Assembly (NCBI GenBank): GCA_943846605.1
Contig: OX044361.1
Location: 2,098,673 to 2,162,672, forward strand
DNA length: 64,000 nucleotides
Origin: an uncultured Pseudomonadales bacterium
GTDB lineage: Bacteria > Pseudomonadota > Gammaproteobacteria > Pseudomonadales > Azotimanducaceae
Reading direction: 5' to 3'
In this document: one piece after another, positions 46,880-56,845 of the stretch
Layout: the number at the start of each line of letters is the position of its first letter
Numbering within the stretch: the first letter of the stretch is position 1
Position numbers and translations under genes: made by a program
Notes under the pieces: model-generated
The model's database searches: none
What the model was told of the DNA's origin: nothing
What the model saw: the letters and a program-made list of their open reading frames with translations, nothing else

Positions 46880-48469
46880 TTGACGCTTAATTTTGGTGAC
46901 CTGCTGGAGTCTGTCGCTCAGGTAGTGCCTGAGCGACAGGCGATTATTTATGCGGATAAGCGTTATACCTGGGCAGAATTCGATACTCAGGCAAATCGAT
47001 TGGCGCGAAACTTGATTGAGCTGGGCCTGATGCCTAACAGTAAAGTCGCCTTTTATCTGCGCAATAGCCCAGCTTACGTCGTGTTGCTGGCCGCTTGTTT
47101 TAAGGCGCGCCTGGTGCATGTCAATGTGAACTATCGCTATGTTGATCAGGAACTGCATTATGTTATCGATAACGCTGATGCTGAGTTGGTCGTTTTTGAT
47201 CAAGAATTTGCAGGCCAGATCGATCAGTTGGCACCGCGATTGCCGAAGGTAAAAGCGTTTTTAGCGGTAGGCCCGGCGGAGGATTCAGTGCGAGCATTGA
47301 GCTTTGAGCGGCTCTGTTTGCAAGGTGAAGGCGCACCGGTGACCCTGGCGCGGTCCGGTGACGACCTGTACTTTATGTATACGGGGGGGACCACGGGTTA
47401 TCCCAAAGCGGTTATGTGGCCGCATAAAAGCAGAATAGCTGTCATCGGTATGGCGGCAGCTGAAACAGCGGCAGCGCACGCGCGTGCGGTGGCTGGGTCG
47501 GCGCGTTTTCCAGTGACGCTGCCGGTCTGCCCGATGATGCATTCAACTGGGTTCACCACGGTATTGTCTGCATTGTGTGCAGGTGGTTGTGTGGTGTTAA
47601 TGCCCGGGTCCAGGTTCGACGCGCATGCCTGCTTGGCTGCGATTGGCGCGCACAAGGTGACGACGGTTGTGTTGGTGGGAGATGCATTTAGCGTCCCCAT
47701 GATTGAAGCATTAGTTGAGTCTGCGGATCGCTATGATTTGTCTTCAGTGACAACCTTATCATCGGCCGGTGCAATGTGGAGCGCAAAATCGAAAGCTCAA
47801 TTACTGAAGTATTTTTATAACGCGATCGCGAGGGATTCATTGGGCTCATCTGAAGGGTCGCGATTGGCCGGTTCGGAAATGCGTGCCGGAGAATCCGGGC
47901 AAACGGGGCGGTTCAAGCTGGGGCCTGACGTGAAAGTATTTACGGAAGATCATCTGGAAGTTCAGCCGGGCTCTGGTCAGGCAGGTCTGCTTGCGACGTC
48001 AGGCCCAATTCCTCTGGGCTATTACAAAGACGATAAGCGCACTGCTGAAACCTTCCCAATAATCAATGGGGTGCGTTATTCGATGCCCGGCGACTGGTGC
48101 ACTTTGGAGTCTGACGGGACTATTAACCTTTTGGGACGAGGCAGCCACTGCATTAACACAGGTGGAGAAAAGGTCTATCCGGAAGAAGTGGAAGAAGCAT
48201 TGAAAAGTCATGCGCGGGTTCTTGATTGCGCTGTGTTTGGTGTGGCTGATGAGCGGTGGGGTCATGCGGTGAACGCTGTCGTGCAGTTACGTGCACCAGC
48301 GGAAGTGTCTGAATCGGATTTGTATGATCATTTAAGGGGGCAGTTGGCCGCTTATAAAAGGCCTAAAACGATCGTTTGTGTGCAGGACTCTTTTCGCGCG
48401 GAAAATGGCAAGATGGACTATAACCAGGCCAAATATCTGTTTAATGTAAATTTGCGACAGGCTGACTGA
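46880..48469 (+). CDS. Acyl-CoA synthetase (FadD19-like AMP-binding enzyme)
   Basis: YTGGTTGYPKAVMW, GSSEG, SMPGD, GRGSHCINTGGEKVYPEEVE, NGK. Confidence 0.92.
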   Translation: MTLNFGDLLESVAQVVPERQAIIYADKRYTWAEFDTQANRLARNLIELGLMPNSKVAFYLRNSPAYVVLLAACFKARLVHVNVNYRYVDQELHYVIDNADAELVVFDQEFAGQIDQLAPRLPKVKAFLAVGPAEDSVRALSFERLCLQGEGAPVTLARSGDDLYFMYTGGTTGYPKAVMWPHKSRIAVIGMAAAETAAAHARAVAGSARFPVTLPVCPMMHSTGFTTVLSALCAGGCVVLMPGSRFDAHACLAAIGAHKVTTVVLVGDAFSVPMIEALVESADRYDLSSVTTLSSAGAMWSAKSKAQLLKYFYNAIARDSLGSSEGSRLAGSEMRAGESGQTGRFKLGPDVKVFTEDHLEVQPGSGQAGLLATSGPIPLGYYKDDKRTAETFPIINGVRYSMPGDWCTLESDGTINLLGRGSHCINTGGEKVYPEEVEEALKSHARVLDCAVFGVADERWGHAVNAVVQLRAPAEVSESDLYDHLRGQLAAYKRPKTIVCVQDSFRAENGKMDYNQAKYLFNVNLRQAD

Positions 48470-48531
48470 TTAATCAAAGGTGTAGCAGACGAGCCCCCGG
48501 CTTGCCGTTAAATCGCCGCGATTGTCCAAAT

Positions 48532-48581
48532 AAGGGCCTTGGCATGCTTTGCCGTTAGAGCATAAATGCGCCCAGGCCCTT
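48532..48581. terminator. Long imperfect hairpin between convergent genes (possible bidirectional terminator)
   Basis: AAGGGCC(T)TGG ... CCAGGCCCTT outer stem enclosing an ATGCTTT-GCCGTT-AGAGCAT inner stem; no clear U-tract. Confidence 0.45.
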
Positions 48582-48592
48582 TCGCAGTTGGA

Positions 48593-49894
48593 TTACTTGC
48601 GGTGGTTTAAAACCAATTTATCGTCGATACCGGTATAGCGCTCGCCTTCGTATTTTCTCCTTTCATGTCGCCCGACGACCATGTGGTGAACCTCATCTGG
48701 CCCGTCTGCCAGCCGCAGATTGCGTTGTTGGGCATACATTCGGGCGAGGGGAGTCCATTGCGAGACGCCGGTGGCGCCGTGGATCTGTATAGCCTCGTCG
48801 ATAATCTTACACATTTTTTCTGGCACCATAGCTTTGACGGCGCTGACGTAGATGCGGGCCTCTTTATTGCCCAGAACATCCATCGCTTTTGCTGCCTGAA
48901 GTACCATGAGTCGGCATGCATCGATTTCAATGCGTGCGCGAGAGACTAGCTCAATATTTTTGCCCAGCTGTAAAATTGGGCGCCCGAATGCAGTGCGCCC
49001 CAGGCCGCGCCGTACCATTAATTCTAAAGCCTTTTCGCCCGCCCCGATCGAGCGCATGCAGTGGTGAATTCGTCCTGGCCCGAGCCGTACCTGAGAAATT
49101 TCAAATCCCCGGCCTTCGCCGAGTAACATGTTTTCTTTGGGTACCCGCACGTTATCAAAAACGATATGCATGTGTCCGTGTGGCGCGTCATCCTCGCCGA
49201 ACGATTCCATACCTTCCAGAATCTTCACGCCGGGGGTTTCAATGGGCACTAAAATCTGGGATTGCTGTTTGTGCGGCGCAGCGTCAGGGCTGGTTTTAAC
49301 CATGGTGATCATGATCTTGCAGCGTGGATCGCCGGCGCCGGAAATATAATATTTCTCTCCATTGATGACCCACTCGTCGCCGTCGAGCACCGCTTGCGTG
49401 CTCACGTTCTTAGCGTCTGAGGAGGCAACCGCGGGCTCGGTCATGGCATATGCAGAGCGTATTTCTCCATTCAGTAATGGTTCCAACCATTGTTTTTTTT
49501 GTGCCGCAGTGCCAACGCGTTCGAGCACTTCCATATTGCCGGTGTCAGGTGCTGAACAATTTAGCGTTTCTGATGCCAGTGGATATTTCCCCAGTTCGTT
49601 GGCAATGTAGGCATAGTCCAAGTTTGACAAGCCCTCGCCTGTTTCCGCATCGGGGAGGAAAAAGTTCCACAGTCCAGAGGCCTTAGCTTTGGCTTTGGCA
49701 CCGTCTAAGAGCTCCATTTGACGAGGGTGCCATGCCCAGCGTTCCTGTTTTTCCTTGTCCAGCGCGTAAAATTCTTCGCTAATTGGCGCGACGTTTTCTT
49801 GAATATGTTGTTTGACGGCATCTAACAAGGGACGTGCTTGTTCGGACATTGACAACTCAAATAGGTCAGGGTTTTCTAGGGCTACTTCTGCCAT
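48593..49894 (-). CDS. Acyl-CoA dehydrogenase (ACAD10/11-like bacterial group)
   Basis: NCSAPDTGNMEVL, AMTEPAVASSDA, QVRLGPGRIHHCMR, RLADGPDEVH. Confidence 0.95.
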   Translation of the reverse strand: MAEVALENPDLFELSMSEQARPLLDAVKQHIQENVAPISEEFYALDKEKQERWAWHPRQMELLDGAKAKAKASGLWNFFLPDAETGEGLSNLDYAYIANELGKYPLASETLNCSAPDTGNMEVLERVGTAAQKKQWLEPLLNGEIRSAYAMTEPAVASSDAKNVSTQAVLDGDEWVINGEKYYISGAGDPRCKIMITMVKTSPDAAPHKQQSQILVPIETPGVKILEGMESFGEDDAPHGHMHIVFDNVRVPKENMLLGEGRGFEISQVRLGPGRIHHCMRSIGAGEKALELMVRRGLGRTAFGRPILQLGKNIELVSRARIEIDACRLMVLQAAKAMDVLGNKEARIYVSAVKAMVPEKMCKIIDEAIQIHGATGVSQWTPLARMYAQQRNLRLADGPDEVHHMVVGRHERRKYEGERYTGIDDKLVLNHRK

Positions 49895-49963
49895 TTTTAT
49901 GATCCTTGTAAAGTTCTAAATTTGAAATGGATTGCGCGGATCGAACAGTCATTGTCCGCGGTG

Positions 49964-51175
49964 TCATTCATCGGAGACTAAAACCAGTGTGCCGGTTGTG
50001 GACAGCGCCCCGCCGGTGCCGTTGACCACGCAGGTCCGGGCGTTGGTCTGTTTGCCTTTGTCGCCATGGACACCGTCTTCTGCTGTGCCAGATAATTGGC
50101 GATAGGCCTCAATGAGCAGGGGCATACCGTACATGCCGCTGTGGTTAAATGATAGGCCACCTCCGTTAGTGTTGATGGGTAGACGCCCACCTGGCGCTGC
50201 ATGCCCTTCTTTCCAGAGCAGGTGGCCTTGCCCTCTTGGTGCCAAACCCAACATCTCAGCAGTAATGGCTGCGGTGATGGTGAAAGAATCATAAATCAAG
50301 GCAAGCTCCATCTCGCTTGGTCCCATGCCGGCCATGGTGTAGGCGGCATCCGCAGAATGACAAGCCGATGTTGCGGTGAAATCTGGCATCTCCAGCATGT
50401 TGGAATGCCCCATACTCTCTCCTGCGCCGGCGACCCATACGGGTGCTGTGTTTAGTCCGGCGGCAATTTTGGGGCTGGTAAGCATCACCGCGCCGCCGTG
50501 ATCGGCCACCATACAGCAATGTAAAATGGTCATCGGCCAAGTGATCATTCGTGATGACTCCACTTGTTCAACCGTAATGGGTCCGCCAAAGGGGTGTTTT
50601 TCTTTGGAATACATGGCAGCACGGGGGTTCAGCGTGGCCCAGTCTCTGGTGACTTTGGCAATATGTGCAAAATCCTCTGTGGTGGTACCGTAACGGTGCA
50701 TATGCCGAACCATGGCGTGGGCGTAGTTGGAAGATGCGCCCCCGATGCCGTAAGCCGCGGTCATTTCAAAGCCGGGCGAAGTTGCCCCGCCGCCCAGACC
50801 ATAGTTGGCAATCCCGCGACCGCCGATTTTCTGCGCGGAATGGCCGTTCTCGCCATGAGAAACCACCGCGATGTCGATGATGCCGGCGTGGATGGCTGCC
50901 ATAGCATGATGGACATGCATCTCGAAGGAGCAGCCGCCCACTGCGGTGGTGTCGATATATTTTGGTCGTATGCCCAGGTGTTCACACAGCTCTGATGACC
51001 AACCGGTGGAAAAAACACCTTCGATTTTTGCGATCGGTACGCCAGTTTGTTCGCTGAGATTCTTGATCGCCTCTATGTGCAACTGTAGTGACGTTACGGG
51101 TTGCTTGAGAAAACCGATTTCATTGGCTTCTGCTGCGCCGACGATAGCCGCGGCTCTAGATAGTTTTCCGGGCAT
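49964..51175 (-). CDS. Thiolase-fold protein, SCP-x/Ltp2-like
   Basis: DTTAVGGCS, CMVADHGGAV, LIYDSFT, NTNGGGLSFNHSGMYG. Confidence 0.9.
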   Translation of the reverse strand: MPGKLSRAAAIVGAAEANEIGFLKQPVTSLQLHIEAIKNLSEQTGVPIAKIEGVFSTGWSSELCEHLGIRPKYIDTTAVGGCSFEMHVHHAMAAIHAGIIDIAVVSHGENGHSAQKIGGRGIANYGLGGGATSPGFEMTAAYGIGGASSNYAHAMVRHMHRYGTTTEDFAHIAKVTRDWATLNPRAAMYSKEKHPFGGPITVEQVESSRMITWPMTILHCCMVADHGGAVMLTSPKIAAGLNTAPVWVAGAGESMGHSNMLEMPDFTATSACHSADAAYTMAGMGPSEMELALIYDSFTITAAITAEMLGLAPRGQGHLLWKEGHAAPGGRLPINTNGGGLSFNHSGMYGMPLLIEAYRQLSGTAEDGVHGDKGKQTNARTCVVNGTGGALSTTGTLVLVSDE

Positions 51176-51176
51176 G

Positions 51177-51623
51177 TTATTCTCCTACTAAGCGCCAAAA
51201 AGGAATATGTGTGTCGTCGTCCGCGGGTTCGAATTCAACGGTGACCGCGGCGCCTATCTTGATGTCTTGGGGTCTCAATGGGTCCACACCGCGCAGGACC
51301 GTCAGCATGCGGTCGCCTTCTTTGAGGTCGATATAGGCGGTTACGTAAGGGGCTTCTTTTGCCCAAGCTCCGAATGCCATATGTTGGACTGCGTAGGTGT
51401 GTATGGTGCCTTCGCCGCTGGCCTGAATCCACTCAAGATCAGATGAGTGGCAGAACGGGCAAATAAAACGTGGGTACCAGTGCACGCGATTACAGTCGGT
51501 GCACCGCGGTAACATTAACTGCCCTGCTTTGGTGCCGTCCCAAAAGGGTTGGGTATGTGTTCCCTTGGCAGGGATAGGTAATTTATAACTCACGGTCTTA
51601 TAGCTCCTTGTCATGTAGGCCAT
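51177..51623 (-). CDS. DUF35 Zn-ribbon/OB-fold protein
   Basis: PFWDG, CTDC...YPRFICPFC, GEGTIHTY, PYVTAYIDLKEG; 1 nt from the thiolase start. Confidence 0.92.
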   Translation of the reverse strand: MAYMTRSYKTVSYKLPIPAKGTHTQPFWDGTKAGQLMLPRCTDCNRVHWYPRFICPFCHSSDLEWIQASGEGTIHTYAVQHMAFGAWAKEAPYVTAYIDLKEGDRMLTVLRGVDPLRPQDIKIGAAVTVEFEPADDDTHIPFWRLVGE

Positions 51624-51629
51624 TATTCA

Positions 51630-53873
51630 TCAGCGGGTTTGCTCGAGTGCATCCAGTACACGTTCGGGTGTTAACGGCAGGTCAGGCATGCGTTTGCCAA
51701 TCGCGTGACTTACTGCGCTGGCGACAGCCGCCAGTGGTGCGACGATAGGGGTTTCGCCAACGCCGCGCACGCCGTAGGGGTGGGTGTCACTGTGCACCTC
51801 TACAATTTTTGTGTCGATCATCGGCAGATCGGACGCAACAGGTATTCGGTAGTCTAAGAAGCCCGGATTATCTTGTGCGCCCTGGTGGTTATAAACATAG
51901 GCCTCATTGAGCGCCCAGCCGATCCCTTGGGCGGCACCCCCCTGCATCTGGCCTTCGACATAATCGGGATGAATGGCGCGCCCCGCGTCTTGAATGGCCG
52001 TATAGCGCACGACGTGTGTTTTGCCGGTGTCCGGGTCTATTTCAACGTCACAGAGATTAACCGCAAACGAAGGGCCGGGGCCCTGCGCGTTGAGTGAGGC
52101 GCGCGCTGAAATCGGCCCGCCAGTTTTTGGAAACGCGCGCGCCAGTTTAGCAAGCGTCAGTGGCGGTGCGTCGACGTTGATGCCCGGTTTTGGATGAGCC
52201 GATCCGTTGTGCCAGTCGACTTGATCAGCTTCAATACCCCAGGTCAGAGCCGCTCGCCCCTTGAGTTGATTGATGATGTCGTCGCAGGCATTAATCACCG
52301 CCATGCCGGTCGCGAATGTGGTTCGGCTGCCGCCGGTGGTGTTACAAAAACCGGTGCTTTGAGTATCACCAATGCGAACTTTGATGCGCTCGTAGGGAAT
52401 CTGCAGTTTTTCTGCCGCCATGATTGCCATCGCAGCGCGGCTGCCGCCGATGTCCGGGCTGCCTTCAACAATTTGAATCATGCCAGATTCCGCAACATGA
52501 ACTTCGGCGCTGGAATTGTTACCTGCATTGAACCAAAACCCAGCGGCGACACCGCGGCCTTGATTCGCACCTAGCGGCTGGCTGTAGTGCGGGTGAGACT
52601 TGGCCGCTTGCAGGCATTCAATAAACCCGATTTTTTTAAATTTTGGGCCATAGGTGGCACGTGACCCTTCTTTTGCGGCATTTAAAAGCCGCAAATCAAT
52701 GGGGTCCAGGCCCAGCGCCTGGGCTAACTCATCCAGAACTGACTCACCTGCAAACATCGCTTGAGGTGCGCCGGGCGCGCGGTACGCGGCAACGCGAGGT
52801 TTGTTCACAACCACCTCATTACCCTCGATGTGGATGTTGGCGACATCGTAGGGCGCAAAGATACACATAGCCCCTGCGCCCAGTGGGCTGCCGGGAAAGG
52901 CTCCTGATTCGAACAGTAAATCTGCAGCCATAGCAGTGATTTTGCCGTCTCGCGTGCAGCCGATTTTAACCGTGTTGATCGTGCCAGGCGCGGGCCCGGT
53001 TGCGCGGAATACTTCATCGCGCGTCATGACCATCTTCACGGGTCGTCCGGTCTTTTCGGATAATTTGATGGCAAGCGGCTCCAGATAGACGACTGTCTTG
53101 CCGCCAAAGCCGCCGCCAATTTCGGCTGGTTGAACACAAATTTGGCCGGTGTCCATCCCCAGTGCCAATGCCGCCATATCGCGGATGCCAAAATGCCCCT
53201 GGCTTGAGCACCACAAATGACAGTTCCCGTCGGCCTGTTTATCGGCGACGCAGGCATGTGGCTCAAGATACCCTTGATGTACCATTGGGGTAGTGAAGGT
53301 TCGTTCAATGATGACATCAGCCTGTGCAAAACCTGCGGCAACATCCCCTTTGGTCAGGGTGGTGAATTGTGAAATGTTGGATGGTTTTTCAGGAGGGGTT
53401 GGCAGGCCCTGAGTGAACATATCCTCATGCAGTAAAGGCGCTTCGGGCTGCATGGCCTCGCGCATATCTAAAACGTGTTCCAAGACCGTGTAATCGACGC
53501 GGATGAGCTGCGCGGCTTGTTCTGCTAAGGCTTTGGTCTGTGCGGCAACAGCCGCTATAGGGTGGCCGTTGTAGAGTGTTTTTTTACTCGCCAGAATATT
53601 TTCGAAGAAACGTTTTCTGCCGACGCTGATATCTGTCCGAGCCGGGAAATCTGCCGCGGTGACGACCGCGTAAACGCCGTCGAGAGCTAAGGCGTCGGCA
53701 GGGTCGATGGCGTTGATTTGCGCATGTGCATGTGGGCTGCGAAGGACAGCGCCGTGCAGCATGCCCGGTTGCGTGGTATCGGCGCCAAAGTTGGCTTTTC
53801 CGGTGACTTTCTCTAGGCCGTCCGGGCGAATAGGCCGAGTGCCGATGTAGGTGTGGTCCTGCGTTTGAGCCAT
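51630..53873 (-). CDS. Xanthine dehydrogenase family molybdopterin-binding large subunit
   Basis: DGLEKVTG, LRSPHAHA, QGYLEPH, IGGGFGGK, AYRAPG, GGSRTT, QGIGWAL, RGVGE. Start placed at ATG 53873 (track TTG/ATG 53969 adds an unlikely leader). Confidence 0.9.
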   Translation of the reverse strand: MAQTQDHTYIGTRPIRPDGLEKVTGKANFGADTTQPGMLHGAVLRSPHAHAQINAIDPADALALDGVYAVVTAADFPARTDISVGRKRFFENILASKKTLYNGHPIAAVAAQTKALAEQAAQLIRVDYTVLEHVLDMREAMQPEAPLLHEDMFTQGLPTPPEKPSNISQFTTLTKGDVAAGFAQADVIIERTFTTPMVHQGYLEPHACVADKQADGNCHLWCSSQGHFGIRDMAALALGMDTGQICVQPAEIGGGFGGKTVVYLEPLAIKLSEKTGRPVKMVMTRDEVFRATGPAPGTINTVKIGCTRDGKITAMAADLLFESGAFPGSPLGAGAMCIFAPYDVANIHIEGNEVVVNKPRVAAYRAPGAPQAMFAGESVLDELAQALGLDPIDLRLLNAAKEGSRATYGPKFKKIGFIECLQAAKSHPHYSQPLGANQGRGVAAGFWFNAGNNSSAEVHVAESGMIQIVEGSPDIGGSRAAMAIMAAEKLQIPYERIKVRIGDTQSTGFCNTTGGSRTTFATGMAVINACDDIINQLKGRAALTWGIEADQVDWHNGSAHPKPGINVDAPPLTLAKLARAFPKTGGPISARASLNAQGPGPSFAVNLCDVEIDPDTGKTHVVRYTAIQDAGRAIHPDYVEGQMQGGAAQGIGWALNEAYVYNHQGAQDNPGFLDYRIPVASDLPMIDTKIVEVHSDTHPYGVRGVGETPIVAPLAAVASAVSHAIGKRMPDLPLTPERVLDALEQTR

Positions 53874-54057
53874 GATGGATGCTCTCTTGGATTGAATGAT
53901 GTCAACTTGGGTGGGTATGATCTTAATGGAGCTGCGCTCATCACGCATGTAAATTTGTGTTCGAGTCAATTATAACCGTTGCTCGGCTGCTGATGAATTT
54001 GCTCTAATCGAGCAGTTAAAGGGTGTCGTCGCAGTCAGTGATTTTTGGAGAAAGTTT

Positions 54058-54822
54058 ATGCAGCCGGTTTGTTTGGTCTTGGGTGCTGGTGCGGGTATCG
54101 GGGGATGCGTAGGGGCTCGGTTTGCGGCGCAAGGCTATCATGCGGCATTGTGTCGTCGGAGTGATCAGGCAGGACTGGACCGGTTGGTTGAAAATATCAG
54201 GGGCGCGGGCGGTGCCGCATCGGGCCATTTGTTAAATGCAGTTGACGAATATGTGATTGAAGACCGGGTTTCTGCCATTGAGGCGGACATCGGTCCGATT
54301 GAGGTGGTTATCTACAATCTGGGCGCTCAAATTGGCAATCGATCGTTGCTAGACACGACGCCAAAAGCCTTTGAATTGGGCTGGCGAATGGCGACATTTG
54401 GTCTGTTTCGCGTGGCGCAGGCCACGTTCCCGTCAATGGTGGCGCGTGGCGGTGGAACGCTGCTGGTGACTTCGTCCACTGCAGCCGTGCGAGGCAACGG
54501 CGGTCAGCATTCGCACGCAGCGGCGATGGGCGGTAGGCGTATGTTATGCCAGAGCTTAAACGCAGAGTTCTCGTCTCAGAATATACATGTTGCGCATATT
54601 GTGATTGATGGCGCAGTCGATGCGCCGGATACGCTGGGTAAAATGTTAGGATCAGAGCAATTTGCAGCGCTGCGTGAGCGCCTTGGGGGAGAGCATGACG
54701 GGCTGATGTTGCCGGAAAAAATTGCAGAAACCTACTGGCATATTGCGCAGCAGCACCGCTCAGTTTGGACCCACGAGATTGATTTGCGTTCTTACTCGGA
54801 TAAACCTTGGTGGAACAGTTAA
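54058..54822 (+). CDS. Atypical SDR family oxidoreductase
   Basis: GAGAGIG, YNLGA, HSHAAAMGGRR, IHVAHIVIDGAV, WTHEIDLR. Confidence 0.9.
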   Translation: MQPVCLVLGAGAGIGGCVGARFAAQGYHAALCRRSDQAGLDRLVENIRGAGGAASGHLLNAVDEYVIEDRVSAIEADIGPIEVVIYNLGAQIGNRSLLDTTPKAFELGWRMATFGLFRVAQATFPSMVARGGGTLLVTSSTAAVRGNGGQHSHAAAMGGRRMLCQSLNAEFSSQNIHVAHIVIDGAVDAPDTLGKMLGSEQFAALRERLGGEHDGLMLPEKIAETYWHIAQQHRSVWTHEIDLRSYSDKPWWNS

Positions 54823-54956
54823 GGTTTGCGCGCCGCATGCCTTGGCGAGCGTCACCTGTGATCTGCACGCGCCGTGCCTAAGCGGAGGTGGCGTGAGTCA
54901 ATGGTCAACAAACAGCAACCCATGAATGATTTATAGAACACTTGGAGCATATTGAT

Positions 54957-56804
54957 ATGTCAATAAAAATAGATCCGCGGACAGGTTTGAAGTCCTTCCA
55001 AACTCGCGCTGCAAAATCGACGGATCGCATTGCGGGACAGGGTTATTCGTTGGTCAGTGATGAATCGTTGAAAACTCTGCCGGCTTCGACTCCTGGCGCG
55101 GCGTTTGATGCAGCAGAACAAGCGAAGTACGACGCGTTTAAGCAAGCGCGAGCCGGTGCTGCCGACTATATGCCCATGGAAGGCGAATTCAGTAAATACC
55201 TGCAGGATGTGTATTCAGCTGAACCTGTTGCACGCGAAAAGCTGGATGATACCTGCGAAATTCTTGTCGTGGGCGCTGGATTTGCAGGCTTGCTCTTGTG
55301 GTACAAGTTGCGGGAGGCCGGGTACGAAGATGTTCGGTTTTGTGAGAAAGGAGGGGATGTTGGAGGCACCTGGTATTGGAATCGTTATCCCGGCATTGCC
55401 TGCGATGTGGAGGCCTACAGCTATTTGCCACTGTTGGAAGAAATGGGTTATGTCCCCTCGGTAAAATTTGCCTCTGGTTTTGAAATTATGGCCTATTGCC
55501 AAGACATGGCGCAGCGTTTTGGCTTTTATGACCGCTGTCTGTTCCATACCACGGTAGAAAAGACAAATTGGGATGAATCAACGCAGCGTTGGACGGTCTA
55601 TACGGATCGCGGAGACACCATGCAGGCCAAATATGTGGTGCTTGCCAATGGTATTCTCACGACACCCAAGTTGGCGCGTATTCAGGGCATGGAAACCTTC
55701 AAAGGGAGCGCATTTCACACCTCCCGCTGGGACTACAATGTAGACCTGAAAGACAAGCGGGTTGGTATTATCGGTACGGGTGCAACCGCGGTTCAGGTGG
55801 TGCCTGAGATTGCCAAAACGGTCAAAGAATTGTTTGTTTTCCAACGCACACCCTCTTCAATCGATGTCCGAGACCAGCGCGAGACCACTCAGGAGGAGCG
55901 CCAGCAGTGGGCGCAGGAGCCTGGATGGGCGCGTGCGCGCCGTGCTCGATTTGCCAAAATTTCAGCGGGCCGCAGTGCGATCAAAGCAAATGATGATTAT
56001 CTGGCCGGAAAAGTACCCGATTTTAAAGCGCGTAAAACTTTCGATAAACCGTTGTCTGCGCAAGAAATGATCGAGCGACAGTTGGGCTCAAACTTTCGGA
56101 TTATGGAGCAGATCCGTGCTCGGGTAGATGCAATTGTTGAGGACCCCAAGACGGCGGCAGCGCTAAAACCCTACTATCCTTATGGATGTAAGCGCCCAAC
56201 TTTTCATGATGAATATTTGCCAACGTTTAATCTTCCCCATGTCACCTTGGTGGATGCCGCGCCTCGGGGTGTCAATTGTATTAACGAACAAGGTGTGGTG
56301 CACGAGGGCGTTACCTATCCGCTGGATGTATTGATCTATGCTACGGGTTTTCAATGGATGGCCACTTCGACCTTTAACATGATCACGGGCCGCGAGGGCA
56401 TAACGTTGCAGGATAAGTGGCGCGAACAAGGCACAAAAACCTTCCTGGGTATCCATAACCATGGATTTCCCAACCTGTTTGTTGTATCCGGTCCGCAGGG
56501 TGGCGGCGGTAGTTTTAACTTCACTGATGCCATTGATCAACATGCGGACTACATTGTTTGGATGCTCAAGACGTTGCGCGAGCGCGGTGATGATGTGGTG
56601 GATGTTGCGCAAGAGGCGGAAGACCAATACGCGGCGCATTGTCGCGATGCAGACATTGCCACCGCTGCGTTGCGTGATTGTATTACCTATTATAACGGCG
56701 AAGGTCAGGCTGAACCGGGTAGTCTGGCTTACTATGGAGGCGGGCAATGGCATAAGTTTCGTAAGCGTGCCCAGGAGAATCTTGCGCCCTATATTTTTGG
56801 GTAG
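54957..56804 (+). CDS. Type I Baeyer-Villiger monooxygenase, long (CDMO/CPDMO-like) form
   Basis: GAGFAG, GGTWYWNRYPG, FKGSAFHTSRWDY, GTGAT, CKRPTFHDEYL, YATGF; GGAG RBS before ATG 54957. Confidence 0.93.
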   Translation: MSIKIDPRTGLKSFQTRAAKSTDRIAGQGYSLVSDESLKTLPASTPGAAFDAAEQAKYDAFKQARAGAADYMPMEGEFSKYLQDVYSAEPVAREKLDDTCEILVVGAGFAGLLLWYKLREAGYEDVRFCEKGGDVGGTWYWNRYPGIACDVEAYSYLPLLEEMGYVPSVKFASGFEIMAYCQDMAQRFGFYDRCLFHTTVEKTNWDESTQRWTVYTDRGDTMQAKYVVLANGILTTPKLARIQGMETFKGSAFHTSRWDYNVDLKDKRVGIIGTGATAVQVVPEIAKTVKELFVFQRTPSSIDVRDQRETTQEERQQWAQEPGWARARRARFAKISAGRSAIKANDDYLAGKVPDFKARKTFDKPLSAQEMIERQLGSNFRIMEQIRARVDAIVEDPKTAAALKPYYPYGCKRPTFHDEYLPTFNLPHVTLVDAAPRGVNCINEQGVVHEGVTYPLDVLIYATGFQWMATSTFNMITGREGITLQDKWREQGTKTFLGIHNHGFPNLFVVSGPQGGGGSFNFTDAIDQHADYIVWMLKTLRERGDDVVDVAQEAEDQYAAHCRDADIATAALRDCITYYNGEGQAEPGSLAYYGGGQWHKFRKRAQENLAPYIFG

Positions 56805-56845
56805 TCGTGATGACAATCAAATGAGAAGTCGTTCTCGTAAATCTA

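Noticed and set aside
51630-53873. Aerobic CO dehydrogenase large subunit (CoxL)
   Set aside because: The active-site loop is AYRAPG, not AYxCSFR (form I) or AYRGAGR (form II), and there are no coxM/coxS neighbours.
56163-56816. 217 aa minus-strand ORF and similar long shadow ORFs (34030, 45030, 46664, 54308)
   Set aside because: All are antisense or frame-shifted overlaps of well-supported enzymes and have no recognisable motifs.
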